A stretch of 64,000 nt of DNA. Origin: Sphyrna mokarran. Taxonomy: Eukaryota. A program made the translations under genes and the position numbers. Location: NCBI GenBank assembly GCA_024679065.1, contig JAGIQG010000005.1, forward strand, positions 60,574,001 through 60,638,000, written 5' to 3'. The notes beneath the pieces were generated by a model, which was given only the letters and a program-made list of their open reading frames with translations, made no database searches and was not told where the DNA came from. This document shows positions 13,700 through 26,339 of this stretch, piece by piece (within the stretch, counting starts at the first letter, position 1; each line of letters begins with the position of its first letter).

Positions 13700-14760
13700 A
13701 TAGGCAGCATTTGACAAGAGTGTTCGTCAAGAAGCTCGGAAAACTGAAGTTAATGGGAATTGGGAAAAATTCGTTGGAGTCGTATCAGCACATATGATCA
13801 TGGTTGTTGGAAGTTAATCGTCTCAGCTCCAGGATCATCCAGGAGCTCCCAGTAGTTTCCTCGGCCTAATCATCTTCAGCTGCTTCATCAATGACCTTCC
13901 TTCCATCATAAGGTCAGAAGTGGGGATGTTTACTGATAATTGTACAATGTTCAGTGCCATTCACAACTGAAGCAGTCTATGCCCAAATGCAATAAGACCT
14001 GGACAATATCCAGGTTAGAGCTGACAAGTGACATTCATTCTACGTGTCAGACAACTGCCATCTCCAATAAGAGAAGATCTAACCATAAATGGCATTACCA
14101 TCGCTGAATCTCCCACTGTCATCATCCCGGATGCTATCATGACCAGAAGACTGAATTGGACTAGTCATAAATACTATAGCTTACAAGAGCATATCCGAAT
14201 CTAGGAATCTTGTTATGAATAACTCACCTCCTGACTCTCCAGAGCCTGTCTACCAATTACAAGGCACAAGTTAGGAATGTGATGAAATACTCACTACTTG
14301 CATGGATGAGTACAACTTCAACACTCATATAGTTTGATAACATGTAGGACAAAGCAGCCCCCTCAATTAGCTTTCCATCTCACAAACATTCACTCCTGCC
14401 ATCACTGACACATAGTGGCAGCAGTGTATATCATCTATAAGAGGCACTGCAGGAACTCACCAAAGCTCCTTAAACAGCATCTTTCAAACCTATGACCACT
14501 ACCATCTCAAAGAACAGATACCACCACTTGGATATTCCCCTCCAAGTCACTCACTACCTTTATTTGGAAATATATCATCACTCTTTCTCTGTCACTGGTT
14601 CAAAATCCCGGGACCCCACCCCCACAACAGCATTGTGGGCATACTACATTACATGAACTGCAGCTGTTCAAAATACAGTTAATCCCTATCTTCTTGAGAG
14701 CAATTAGGGATTTGTAATAAAGATTGGACTAGCCAGCAATGTCCATATCCCATAAGTTAA
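13700..14760 (+). mobile_element. Degenerate non-LTR retrotransposon (CR1/L2 group) 3' part
   Basis: RT remnants (gcagcatttgacaagagtg; ttcagctgcttcatcaatgaccttcc; tttactgataattgtac). The tail is shared with dispersed SINEs in this window. Confidence 0.75.
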
Positions 14761-15039
14761 TTTAAACAATTAAATCTGATATTCACTTTCACCCTGAAAC
14801 GTACTTAAGGTATTGACATTTATTTACGCAAGTTTAGCTTTTAAGCTGTTTGCATTAAGAGGCATTAATTATGGAAATAATATATTACAGTCAGTAGCAT
14901 TTATATTTTTGTGAACTCTGAATGTATTTCATTTCTTTTACAATTCCTGAAGATCTAAACCTACAAAAGAGCTGGTAACGAATGTTGGATCAATTTGGCA
15001 GCTGTCTAATCATTCAACCTCCATAAATTTAAGCTTATC

Positions 15040-15510
15040 CAAAATTCTGATGTGTATTCAAACTTGTATCAAGTTCCATTCACCCATCAACCTTGTGCTT
15101 GCCAACCTACATTGGGAGCCAATCTGACAAGCTATTAATTTTAAAATTCACATACTGGTTTGCATTCCTCTATGGCATCACTCCTTCCTGTCTCTCTATT
15201 CTCCTCCAGCCTTTCAATCTTCTGAAAGCTATGTTTTCCATACTTCTGGCCTTTTGATCATTCCAGATTTTCAACACATCACTATTAGCCTTGCCTTCAG
15301 CTACATACGGCTCTAAGCTTTGAATTCCTTCCTTAAAGCTCTCCCCACTCTTCCTGTGAGATATTCCTTGAAACCTACCCGTTTGACCAAGTTTTATGTC
15401 CTATATCTCTTTATGTGGCTCAATATCAAATTATTTTGATAATGCCTCAGGGGTTCCATGGGAAGTTCCGGCTACCATGAAGATGCTATAAAAATGTAAG
15501 TTGTTGATTA
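15040..15510 (+). mobile_element. L2-like LINE 3' end
   Basis: ttcacccatcaacc..ctacattgg..ttttaaaattc and tail gctataaaaatgtaagttgttg. Confidence 0.6.
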
Positions 15511-16629
15511 TTTTAAAACCAAACACATATCCATTAAAATAAACCACAATATTAAGTGATTTGTGACATTGCCATCAAGAGTTTTATCAGCAGGTTTATG
15601 GAGCACCTCCCTAGTGATGTGTAGCTCAACAGTTAAATTAAAATATAGTTCACCATTCATCCAAACTGAATGCAGCCTTTTAATTCTCTTTCTTGTGGAA
15701 TTTTTACATTATCATCTATACACACAAAAGTAGGGATGGTCACAATATCATCAGTGGAAAAAAGTCCTATATTAAACATCCTATTGACTTTTCTATGAAC
15801 ATTTTAATATTCCACATTATTTTCACACAAAAAAATACAAACTCACTTTTCTTGTAGTCAAATATGTCACCAACGCAAAGACAATTACAGTTTATGTTGA
15901 AGGCAATTATTTTTGAATTGTTGGGAACAGCTGATAAAATTTAGCTGTATATAATTGGCTTGGTATCGGGATTCTACTTTTCAAGGGTACATAATTAAGA
16001 TGTTTGAATATCCATTACGAGTCAGAAGACACTCTTGTCACAATATTTCTCAGATCACATGTGTGTTTTCCTCTTTCAGAATATAGATTAAATATGGAGC
16101 AGAACTATGAGAAACCAAGAAGCATAAAAAAAGTACCAAAGTCTACTTCTTCTTGCCTTTACTTCAAATAATACAGTTCACTATAAAAAGTTAATCTAAG
16201 CAATATGTGGACTAATAATGAAAGGAACCATTTAACATTTTTGTTCACTGTGTTCATACTTGCTCTTTATTGAATCCTATCCAATTTATTCAGTTTGCAG
16301 TAATTTATGGGTAGTTGGGGACAAGCTGGCAAGAAAACCTTTCCCTGCCAACAAGTTATTAGACAAAATGAATTTGGCAGTTGCAATGTACAAAATTACT
16401 CATAAATTGGCAGTAAACTGGAAGAGGCCAAAAAACATTACAGGGTAGTTTGTAGAAATGAAAAGATTCATTAAGGTGTAGTAAATAAAGCTGGAGTAGC
16501 TTAACAGCACTTCACCTTGCTGGGCCTGATTGTTTAAATAGCATGCATTGAAAAAAGGCCATTTTTTAGCATCATCAACCACATTGCAAGACTCACATGA
16601 ACAGGTGCCATATAAGTGCAGAGCTTGTT

Positions 16630-16995
16630 TTTTTTTTAATTCGTTCATGAGACATGGGTATTGCTGGATGGCCAGCACTTATTGACTATCCCTAGTTGCC
16701 TGAGGACAGTTGAGAGTCAACCACATTTCTATAGCTTCGGAGTCACATGTAGGCCACACCAGGTAAGGATAGCAAATTTCCTTTCCTAAAGAACATTAGT
16801 GAACAAGATGGGTTTTTCCTGACAATTGACAACGATTTCATGGTCATCAGTAGATGCTTAATTTCAGAATTTTTTTTGTTATTGAACTCGAATTTCATAA
16901 CCTGCCATGGCGAGATTTGAACCCCGGGTCCACAAAACATTAGCTGAGTTTCTCAATTTATAGAGCAGCGATAATAGCATTAGGCCATCACTCCC
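16630..16995 (-). mobile_element. tRNA-derived SINE of an abundant shark family; other copies at ~2950-3140, 8000-8270, 32340-32670, 45390-45745, 46140-46460, 48290-48575
   Basis: Recurrent core ctggttcactaatgtcctttagggaaggaaatctgc..tccttacctggtctggcct.catgtgactcc and tail gggcaataaatgctggcc. Confidence 0.75.
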
Positions 16996-17062
16996 TCCCC
17001 TGTTTTTACATTGCTGGAGTTCTGACTGAATAAATCTGCCGGAGGCTTTGGTGACTGTTTTG

Positions 17063-18000
17063 TGGAACTCCACATTACTCAAATCTTCGATAGTACAGTC
17101 AGTCATCTGCATGGAAGTGCTGTCAAACCATATAAATTGATCTGACCTAGCAAAGAAGGCATTGATTGCTTAGCAAATTGACTAATCTAATAGAAGTTTT
17201 CTATACTTTCTGGATGATCCCTGTTATATAAACATTATGACCCTGTGGTCATTTAACAGGGATCTTGGCTTCATGACACACTATCTGTAACCCCCGTAAC
17301 TTGCCTGGGTTAGCAAAAAACCTCACTTACTGTGCTGTCTGGAGAAAATACACAATTCTCCAACAATGCTCAGGATTCCCTTCACACACATTGTTCGCCA
17401 TTTTAACACTTGAATAGCAGGTTAGATGTAAGGATTCGCATTCTAATCAGCAATCTCTGACTGTCTGTGCTGATGTGTGCTATTGCAGACCAGAACACTG
17501 CATTTGCCTGAGGAAGACACAGGAGTCAAAAGCTCGCGTTTTTACTATCAAATAAATCGGTTGGATTATAAATTGGTGTTGCTAAATTCTTACTGAGTCA
17601 TTTTCTGTGCCACAGGCAACAAAGCATGCTGTGACGCTTGCTACCTGTTATCATTGCATTAAGAAATAGAGTTTCACAGCTTCACGAATGAAGCACAGCC
17701 TCCAGAGAAAGATCTCTGAAGAACGGTCTTGCTAAATGCAGGTTGAAAGCTATTGCTGGGGACGGGTATTATTAAGCTATGTGTTTTTTCTCTGATGCTG
17801 CCAGATTGATCTCTTTTACATTCCAGCCTCCTAGTGCTCTCCCTCATAAGTCCCCAAAACTTCCTGAAATTGACGTTGCTGTGCTTTTTAGATTGACATC
17901 CAGTGGATTTAGGAACTCATACCCTTGCAAAAACTCAATTATTGATCAGCACCTTCCTACAAAACCTGAAGCTTCGGTCTTTGACTTCCTGGGCAGGATT
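17063..18000 (+). repeat. Left arm of a long inverted duplication (interrupted by a Penelope-like fragment)
   Basis: Reverse complement of 19957-20067, 19427-19576 and 18727-19047 matches 17063-17236 and 17597-18000 collinearly (e.g. gaactccacattactcaaa; gtgctttttagattgacatccagtgga). Confidence 0.9.
17270..17596 (+). mobile_element. Penelope-like retroelement terminal-repeat fragment
   Basis: cctgaggaag...aaagct...aaataaatcggttggat...ggtgttg...ttcttactg, the same family as 28678-28896 and 40003-40120. Confidence 0.65.
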
Positions 18001-18606
18001 GGAATTTGGAACAAATCTTAGTTAAATAAAATTGAGGAGGAGATGGCAAAGCCATTCAGCTTTGAAAACAAAGGAAAACAAATTCCTTCTTTCTCAGGTT
18101 CAGTCACAAACTTCATCAATTCAAGCTCATTAAATGTAGAAGACAGCTTTTTTACTCTTTTGGAACAGTTCACCAAAATTTATAGTATTGTTCAGTCTGT
18201 GGATGTACTATGTCACACATTAACAGGACATAATTTGCAGCCGCCATTTTCCATTCTTAAACATCTTTCATGCTTACTCCAAGTCTGGACTTGTGAAAAT
18301 TATATTGGCAATTGCAAGTTCTGAGGCCATTCCTTCCCATGGATTATAAATAAGTATTGCTCTGTTCCTTTTTATCAATAGGCTGCCAGAGGAGAGCTGT
18401 CTAAAAAAGGTGCTGCTGACGAGGCACAGAAGTTGTTCAACTTGAAAACTGGACTTACCTTCATACTGTAGGAAATGAGTTAGGGGAAAAAAAAATCAGT
18501 GTTCAATGTCAAAATAAAAAGCACGACTCAAATTAGTTACAAATGATGTGGACAGGAAGTCTAGGCAAATGCAATGCCAGTAAATCTCTATGACCATTGA
18601 AAATAG

Positions 18607-18736
18607 GGGCTGGAATTTTCCCATTCCATCTGTCATGGGAATCGTAGAGAGCAGGCAGGGGCAGATTATGAAAAGTCCATTGATCTTGGGTGGGATTTTC
18701 CGGTTTTGGGCCAAATGCAGCCGGAAAATCCTGCCC
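18607..18736. mobile_element. Short MITE-like element with terminal inverted repeats; relatives at ~12825-12955, 24165-24364, 61357-61443
   Basis: Starts gggctggaattttcc and ends ggaaaatcctgccc. Confidence 0.6.
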
Positions 18737-19047
18737 AAGAAGTCAAAGTCTGAAGCTCCAAGTTCCTGTTTTGTAGAAGGGTGCAAATCAATAATTGTGT
18801 TTTTGCAAGGGTAAGAGATTGTGTCAGGTCCTAGGTCCACTGGATGTCAATCTAAAAAGCACAGCAATATAAATTTCAGGAAGTTCTGGAGACCTACAAG
18901 GGAGAACAATAGGAGGTTGGAATGTAAGACAGTTCAACCTGGCAGCATCGGGGAAAAGCTACATATTTTAATAATACCCAACCAGAAATAGCTTTCAACA
19001 TGCGTTTAGCAAGACCGTCCCTCAGAGATCTTTCTTTAGAGGCTGTG

Positions 19048-19426
19048 ATCAAAGAACAAAACAGCACGAGAAATATGCCCTTTGGCCCAATGAGCCCATG
19101 TCACCACCCCGATGTTCCCACCACTACCTGTGATCCCTCTCTACGTTTATAGATCAATGGAATAAAAACCAAATTTAAGCCAATTTAGGGAGAACCAATT
19201 AGCTTAAGAGCACATCTTGGGATGTGGGAGGAAACTGGAGCACCTGGAGAAAATCCACGCAAGCATGGGGAGTATGCGCAAACTCCCACAGACACAGGCC
19301 CAAATTCATGTCACTGAGCTGTCATGTTGCCCATCAAATGGTCCAGGTCAAGCGTACACTAACGATGTGAAGCACTAGGATACTCTCAAAAAAATTCCAA
19401 AATCAGCCCTCTCACGACCCATTGCA
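19048..19426 (-). mobile_element. HE1/V-SINE-like element with 5' extension
   Basis: V-domain-like core (gggagtttgcgcat.ctcccc...ttcctcccacatcccaagatgtg) and CR1-type tail. tgtg is duplicated at the flanks. Confidence 0.75.
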
Positions 19427-19576
19427 TGTGCTTCAATCATGAAGCTGTGGAGCTCTGTTTCTTAATGCAATGATAACTGAATCACAGTATGCTGTGCTGC
19501 TTGTGGCACAGAAAACAACTACAGCTCCCAATGTTTATATGACAGGAAGCTATAGAGAACTTCTGTTAGTCAATTT

Positions 19577-19956
19577 TTTCGAGAGTATCCTAGTGCTTCA
19601 CGTCGTTAGTGTACACTTGACCTGGATCATTTGATGGGCAACACGACAGCTCAGTGACTATTGCTGTGCTGTGCAGATACATGGATTTGGGCCTGTGGCT
19701 GTGGGAGTTTGCGCATTCTCCCCGTGCTTGCGTGGGTTTTCTCCGGGTGCTCCGGTTTCCTCCCACATCCCAAAGATGTGCTCTTGGCTAATTGGCAAAA
19801 CAAATTCTCCTAAATTGTCTCAAATTTGGTTTTTAATCCATAGATCTATAAACACAGACAGGGATCACGGGTAGAGGTGGGAACATCGGGGTGGCGGCGT
19901 GGGCTCGTTGGGCCGAAGGGCCTGTTTCCTGTGCTGTTTTGTTCTTTGTTTTTCGT
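19577..19956 (+). mobile_element. HE1/V-SINE-like element with 5' extension, TSD TCAATTT
   Basis: ggagtttgcgcattctccccgtg...ctccgggtgctccggtttcctcccacatcccaaagatgtg core and gggccgaagggcctgtttcc tail. TCAATTT at 19570-19576 and 19957-19963. Confidence 0.85.
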
Positions 19957-20209
19957 TCAATTTGCTGTGCAATCAATACATTCTTTGCTAGGTCAGATTA
20001 ATTTATACATTTGACAGCACTATCATGTAGATGACTGACTGGGCTATCAAAAGTTTGAGTAATGTGGAGTTCCTCAGATTACTGAGGCCATTGATCACAC
20101 GATGCTCTGACTCTTTTGACAATCCGTAGTCTTTAATTTTCAAAAAAAAAACAGTCAATTATTTGCTGTGTTATGAACACTGTGGATTAATGACCAAGGC
20201 TGCCAGGAT

Positions 20210-20215
20210 TTTATT
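20210..20215 (-). terminator. Candidate polyadenylation signal (AATAAA) of the BSDC1-like gene
   Basis: tttatt on the plus strand ~275 nt downstream of the stop codon. Confidence 0.4.
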
Positions 20216-20488
20216 TCGTATTAGCATTTATCATTGACATTTTGCATTCCTTATTAGGTTTAACTTATGTTCAAAGGCAGACCTTCAATCACCTCATAAA
20301 ACTGTACAATAGAAAAATGATAATCAAGTGTGAAATATCTCACAGAACAACGTAGCCATGTGGTCCATAAACAAGTTATTGTCTCTTTTAACGTAGCACT
20401 CAAAGGCAACAGCTTGTAACACAGTACTCAGTTACTTGTGCTCTTGCAGAACAGATATTGTAGGTAATTGCCTAGATGTGTCAAGAGT

Positions 20489-20533
20489 TCACTTCTGTTC
20501 ACATAGCCAATCATCCCATTCATCGGATTCAAG
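20489..20533 (-). CDS. BSDC1-like exon 11: LESDEWDDWLCEQK*
   Basis: Acceptor ttttcttttccag, TGA at 20489-20491. Matches the BSDC1 C-terminus LEDVEWEDWE. Confidence 0.85.
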   Translation of the reverse strand, partial: LESDEWDDWLCEQK

Positions 20534-20621
20534 CTGGAAAAGAAAAAAAAATGCATTATAATCACTACCTTGCAATGTGTAATGATTGTAGCAGAAAAGC
20601 AATGCAGGACAAGACTAGTAC

Positions 20622-20725
20622 CTCCCCTGAGGCTTCAGCTCGCGATAAAGTCATCTGGATTTCCTCTTCAGTCATGTCCAGATCAAGATCTTCATCCCAG
20701 TTTTCAACAGAATTTGAAATGTTTC
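20622..20725 (-). CDS. BSDC1-like exon 10: (G)NISNSVENWDEDLDLDMTEEEIQMTLSRAEASGE
   Basis: 104 nt, AG/GT bounded. Matches BSDC1 DWEKDFDLDMTEEEVQMALSKVDASGE. Confidence 0.92.
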
Positions 20726-21259
20726 CTACAACAAAAATCATAATAAAACCTGAGTCCAGAAAACACAATTCATTAATCATTGAGAACAGTTACAAATATG
20801 TATATTATAGATTCTTACAGTTTGAACCTATCACTGTTCAAACCCACTGTCACAACTATTATAACTGGAATGTTCTTCAAACTCTAATCTTGTGGTGGCC
20901 AATACATGGTCAGATTCAGTCTTCAAAATCCCATTCTTCAGCTAAATTATCTGAGCTACTTTTTTCTCTTGTTAGACACATTGTTTTTAGTTAATATAAG
21001 CCATAATGATCAGCAATCCTGCTTCTGCCACTGGTGGATTTAGATTAATTAAACATCAACCTTTTCCATCATTAAAGGAGCAACTTATATCAACCAAAAT
21101 AAAACTGCAGTCAACAAGAGAAGGGATAGTGCGGCGAATGTTAGTCTTCAGCGGATACAGAACTGAAAGCAAGAGTTTTGATTGCACTTCCACCCAATGC
21201 CTTAGTTGGGTTCATTTAATGCTTGGGTTTCATTTGAATGTGCATTGCATGTGTGAAGG

Positions 21260-22910
21260 GAATGGTAGCATGGTGGTAATGTTACCAGACTGATATCCCA
21301 GAGGCTCAGATTGACACTCTAGAATAATTCAAATTCCACCATGGCAGCTAGTGGAATTTAAGTTTAATTAATTAATAAATTTGGAGTTGAAAAGCTAGTC
21401 TCAGTAACAGAATATGAAATGATACTGTCATAGAAGTTCATTAATGCCCTCAAATCTGCCTATGTGACCACGTGATGCGTAATTAGCTTTGAGATGGCCT
21501 AGTTACCACTGATTCTAGTTGCTACAGAGAAATTGAAAGGATAAAATACTGACAGACTCTGCAATATTCTGCTCACTAACGTCTGAGGACATGACCAAAA
21601 TTGGAAGAATTTTCAAAACTAGTCAAACAACAATCACACTCACAGAATCATACAATAGAGCCAATATGCTGCCAGAAGTGATAGCATGATGATAACAGTC
21701 AGGACAGAACTGAGAGTCCTCAACATTGATTCTGCACCCAAGGTTTATGGCATCAGGTCAAACACGGGCAAGAACTTTCAGGAGCAATGGCAGTTTAATT
21801 AAGATTTCAAGAGACAGTTCCAAACATAGAATGAGTTGCCGAACTGATGAAACTAGAACATAGGACTTCATGAAGACACAACATGTGATAAACCGAGTTA
21901 AACAATCCCAGAAGCAATAAATCAGACCTAGGCTCTGCAGTCCTGCTACATCCAGACCTGAATGGTGGTGGATAATTAAACAATGCACTGGAGGAGGAAC
22001 TTTCACAAATATTCCCATGTGAGGATGCACATCAAAGCAAAAAAACTCAGCTGAAGCATTTACAGCTATCTTCAGCCAAGTATGCCAGTTGGATGATTCA
22101 AGTCAGGCTCCTGAGGTCATCACCATGATGGAAGCTTGTTGTCAGCCAATTTAATTCACTCCATATGATATCAAAAACTAGCTGAAGGCACTGGAAGGGC
22201 CAAGAGCTATGGGTCTGGATAATATTCCAGCAACAGTACAGAACACTTACAGAAATAATCATGTCAAGCTGTTCCAATACTGATATCTATCCAGCAATGT
22301 GGAAAACTGTCTAGGTCTGTCCAAATCAAATTCAATCTGTCAGCTACCATCCCCTTAGCTTCCTCTCACTAATCAGTACTATAAAGTGGCATTATTCATC
22401 ATCAACCTGCTTACTGGCTAGGAGTTTGGGTTGCACCAGGCCAATTAGCTCAAGGTCTTATTAGGCCCTGAGTCCAAATATGGATAAAAAAATCTAAATT
22501 CTAGAGGTGAGGTACAGAGTGCAGCATCAAAAGAGCTCTAGCAAAATTGAAGTTAATGGAAATCAGAGGTAGAGGGGCACTCACCAATGATTGGAGTCAT
22601 GCCTGGCACAAAAGGAAGGTAATTGTGGTTGTTGGATGTCAATCATCTCAGTCCCAGGGTAATCACTGTAGGAGCTCCACAGCATGGCCTATTTCACCTC
22701 ATGGATGCCCAGTTTTGAGCTGCTAGATTTGTTCTGAACCTGTCTCATTTAGAACCACGGTAGTAACATACAATGCAATGGAGGATAGCCTCAATCTGAA
22801 CAAAGGACTTTGACTCCACAAGGACTCTGCGGTGGTCACTCTTGTTGATATTGTCAAGGACGGATGCATCTGTGATTGATGAGGACGAGGTGAAACAACA
22901 CTCATATTGC
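21260..22910. mobile_element. Fragmented LINE of the same family as 13700-14760
   Basis: Shared motifs (ttggagtcatgcctggcacaaaaggaagg..gtggttgttgga..tcaatcatctcag). Confidence 0.65.
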
Positions 22911-25900
22911 AGGAATGAATAAACAAAGCCTTGAACTTAGGGAAACTTGTAATCTGCAAACTCATGCACGAGTGCAGCTCATGGTTTTCCGTGGGGCAAA
23001 GTGAATAAAATACCCTGTATTTGTTTTAGTAAACTTGCAGCAGTCACTTGCTTAAGACAAATATGACAAGCTGAACAATATCCTCTACAGCAGACTGGAT
23101 GGAGCAGGAGATACAGATGTTAAGGACTGCAGTGACTTTGACTGTAATGGGTAACATGTTTGTTGTAGCAGTGGGTCATAGGAAGTGACAAAACACTGAC
23201 AGTATCCTTTGAGAGTTGTGGCCTCCTTATGTGTTGTCCCATAGAGAAGTGGAGGCACAATGTGTCTATAGTTGCTGGGGGCTGAGAGAGGTGAAAAAAC
23301 ATTCCATCAGCAGGTCCCCTTCTTGCTGTTTTCTCTGCAACTCCGTGCGCTGCTTCAACCTGTTGCAGAAATTCTTTTTCCTTTAGTCAGAACAGAACTG
23401 CTAGAAGGGTACTCATTTTGAAAGAAGTGCGTTACTAGCATCCCTCGAGATTTCACGAAGCCATGTAATCAATACAAGCACATTTAAAAAAAATGAACCA
23501 CTGCAAATTGTGAACAAAATGTCCCCCAAACATTGTCGCATTTTAACTGACAGCAAGTGAATGCCGTTTGAAACTCTCAGTTCCTAATCTGTACAAGAAA
23601 CATAGAAAATTGAAGCAGGAGTAGGCCATTCGGTCCTCAGAGCCTGCTCCACCATTCATCTTGATCATGGCTGATCATCAAATTCAATATCCTGATCCCA
23701 AGATTCTAACCACCTGACTCCCTTTTCAATAGTTTAATTCCACCCCCCCTCTATTTCAGACAACAGCATCAGCCAAAATGAAAGGATCCAAAAACTATTC
23801 CTCCAGCATTGCATTGGCATTCATTTGGTTTTGCAATACTTGTCCCAAATCAACCCATTTACAGGTGTAAATGGGATGGTAATGAGAATGATGACAGGCT
23901 TTTATTCTTCCAAATCACTTTTCTTTCATCTGCTAGAGACTACCACTCTAGTTATTATCCCTTTTCAACACTTTGCCAAGCAATAGTCTTCGTCTCAAAA
24001 TAAACTTGTGACAGTCTTTGATAAGCTCTCGCCACTGAACTATCCTGCTCATTTGCCTGTATCGTGATTTAACCAATGTCATTATATCTGTGTTTAATAT
24101 GCTAAAATTAACTAAATTAACCTAGTCATTTCAATGAAGTGTTCACGTCAACACTTCGATTTCCAGGCCGGATTTTCTGGCCTGCTCCTCGTGTGTTTTC
24201 CGGTGGCAGAGGCAGCTCACCATTAGGGTCTCTTCTGGTCTCATCAATGTTGATGGCTATTTGCAGCGCTCGCTGGCCACATTGCCAGGGAACTTGGTGC
24301 AGGGGTTCACTTTTGGTGGGACTGGAAGATGCCACCGACGGGAAGGGCTGGAAAATCCCAGCTCCAGATAATGATTCACTTAAAGAAAAGCTGCAATCAC
24401 TTTTCAGTCAATAAAAATAAATAAATGGTCTCGAATTTAGTAAAATCAATATAGAGCGATCCAGAGTTCTATATAGTTGTTACATTAAAGTGACTAACAT
24501 CTGATGGCCATTACTTTTGTACTATTAGACAATGTCACAGTGATTAACTCAAAAATCACATAATGTCAAGGTCAAGTGAACAACTGATGTATCTCTACTT
24601 CAGCAATGGAAGATGGAGATCTTAAACTGGTTTTGCCATGTTTAACATAAAGTATCTTAATTAGTGAAAAATAAAACAAATATTATATCAGTATAAACTG
24701 TTGCAGAACTACTGAGAGCATGTTAGATTTTAAAAACATTGGTCCCAGTTTTATCTATGTTCTATCAGACACATTAACAGATTTAAAGTAAACTGGTTAT
24801 TATCTCCACAGCTGGCACAGCTTTCAAAAAATAATTTCAGATGTAAAATTAATATTTTAAATAAACAAATGCAATGGTGAAACTTTGGATCAGTAAATCA
24901 GCGAAGTTGAGCATATTCAACACAGTGACTTTTCTGATTTCACAAAATTTTACAGATAAAATGGATAATAAAACCCTATGTTTTTTTTTGCAGTCTGGTG
25001 GTAGGCAGTTCTATAGTGCAATTGATTTTTGGAAACAGAATGTTAGTTATTTTAGATAAAGTTATGAAAGGCATCATTGTGAAGGTACAAACAGTGCCAG
25101 CTCACAGCAAGAGAAACATGAGCTAGGGGATGAAGCTTAAAGGAGCAACCAGCATTAGAAGGCAAGTATAAAACCTTGACATTACCTCGGGAGTGACAAA
25201 ATCGTAACAAAAGTGAAGCGACAACATGTTTTTAAAAAGCTTATCAGTGAGTCACCAATTTCATGAATAAAAAAAAAGTCATTTAATAAAATAAAAACTC
25301 AAATACTGAAAGCTAGACTAAAAAGGCTTTAGTTATTGAAAGAAAAATATCAGATATTTATTATTATAATATTAGATTAAACACTGGAGTGTCAGCAAAA
25401 TATACACGAATGTAAGATTTAAGAAAAAACTAATACAAAGAGCTCTTTTTTGTGAAGTTACAGTTATAGCATAAATGCAAACAAATCTGGAATCAAGGCT
25501 GTTCTGACCCCAGAGTCAGCAGAAGGAGACCGCATTGCTTAATACCTGATTTACATTACATTTGTTTTTGGCATTAACACACATGCTAAACTTAGAGTAA
25601 CTGCACCATTCAAAAGTCTAATCTCTGGGGAGTTTGTACCCAGGAAGTATCCTAGAAAATCTGTTGCAGGACCTCCTATGAAGTCCTCACATGTCTCCAC
25701 ACAAATTTCCTGGAAAATTCAAACTCCTAATAAGTAAATATCCTGCATTGGGAACCATCCAATATTCCAACTTAATTAAGTGTTAGAAGAATTAAAACCA
25801 CTTCTAACATTTGGATAACTAATTATTAGTTACTAATTAATTCCCCTGAGCAGACCCCACCATCCCCTTCCACCTGGCACTGAACCTCCACCAGTCTGAA

Positions 25901-26339
25901 CCTTCCACCAAGTATACGCTCCCCTTCCCATCCCATGCTGAGTACTAAGCATCCCAAGTATATGCCCCCCTTCCAACTCCATGCCGGGCACTGATAGTGC
26001 AACTGATAGTTGTCACTTAAGTGTCAGGAAATGACCACCACCACCACAAAAGCGATTCAAACCACCTCTTCTTGACATTCAACAGGATCACCAAGTATGT
26101 GCTTGCCACTATGCCCCCACTCCCTCCAACCCTGTCCCTTTCCCCACAAGCACTGAGCAGCCCAAATATACATTCCCCTCCCCACTCTCACCTAGATTAC
26201 CCTTCAGCCATCTGCCACCAGCTCCCAAAACCCAACAATTCCTCATCCCCAATCACCCGCTGTTCCCCATACAACTCGGCTATGCCTTTAGCCCACTCTC
26301 TTGACCCAATTCACCATCTCACCCACGCACACTAAGCTC

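Larger units (their letters stand above)
18727..20067 (-). repeat. Right arm of the long inverted duplication (interrupted by two SINEs)
   Basis: Partner of 17063-18000, see that feature. Confidence 0.9.

Noticed and set aside
20489-20506. C-terminal CEQK of the BSDC1-like protein as a CaaX prenylation motif
   Set aside because: Charged or polar residues and a terminal Lys do not fit CaaX preferences.
20476-20994. 172-aa plus-strand ORF
   Set aside because: Antisense shadow of BSDC1-like exons 10-11, with no independent homology.
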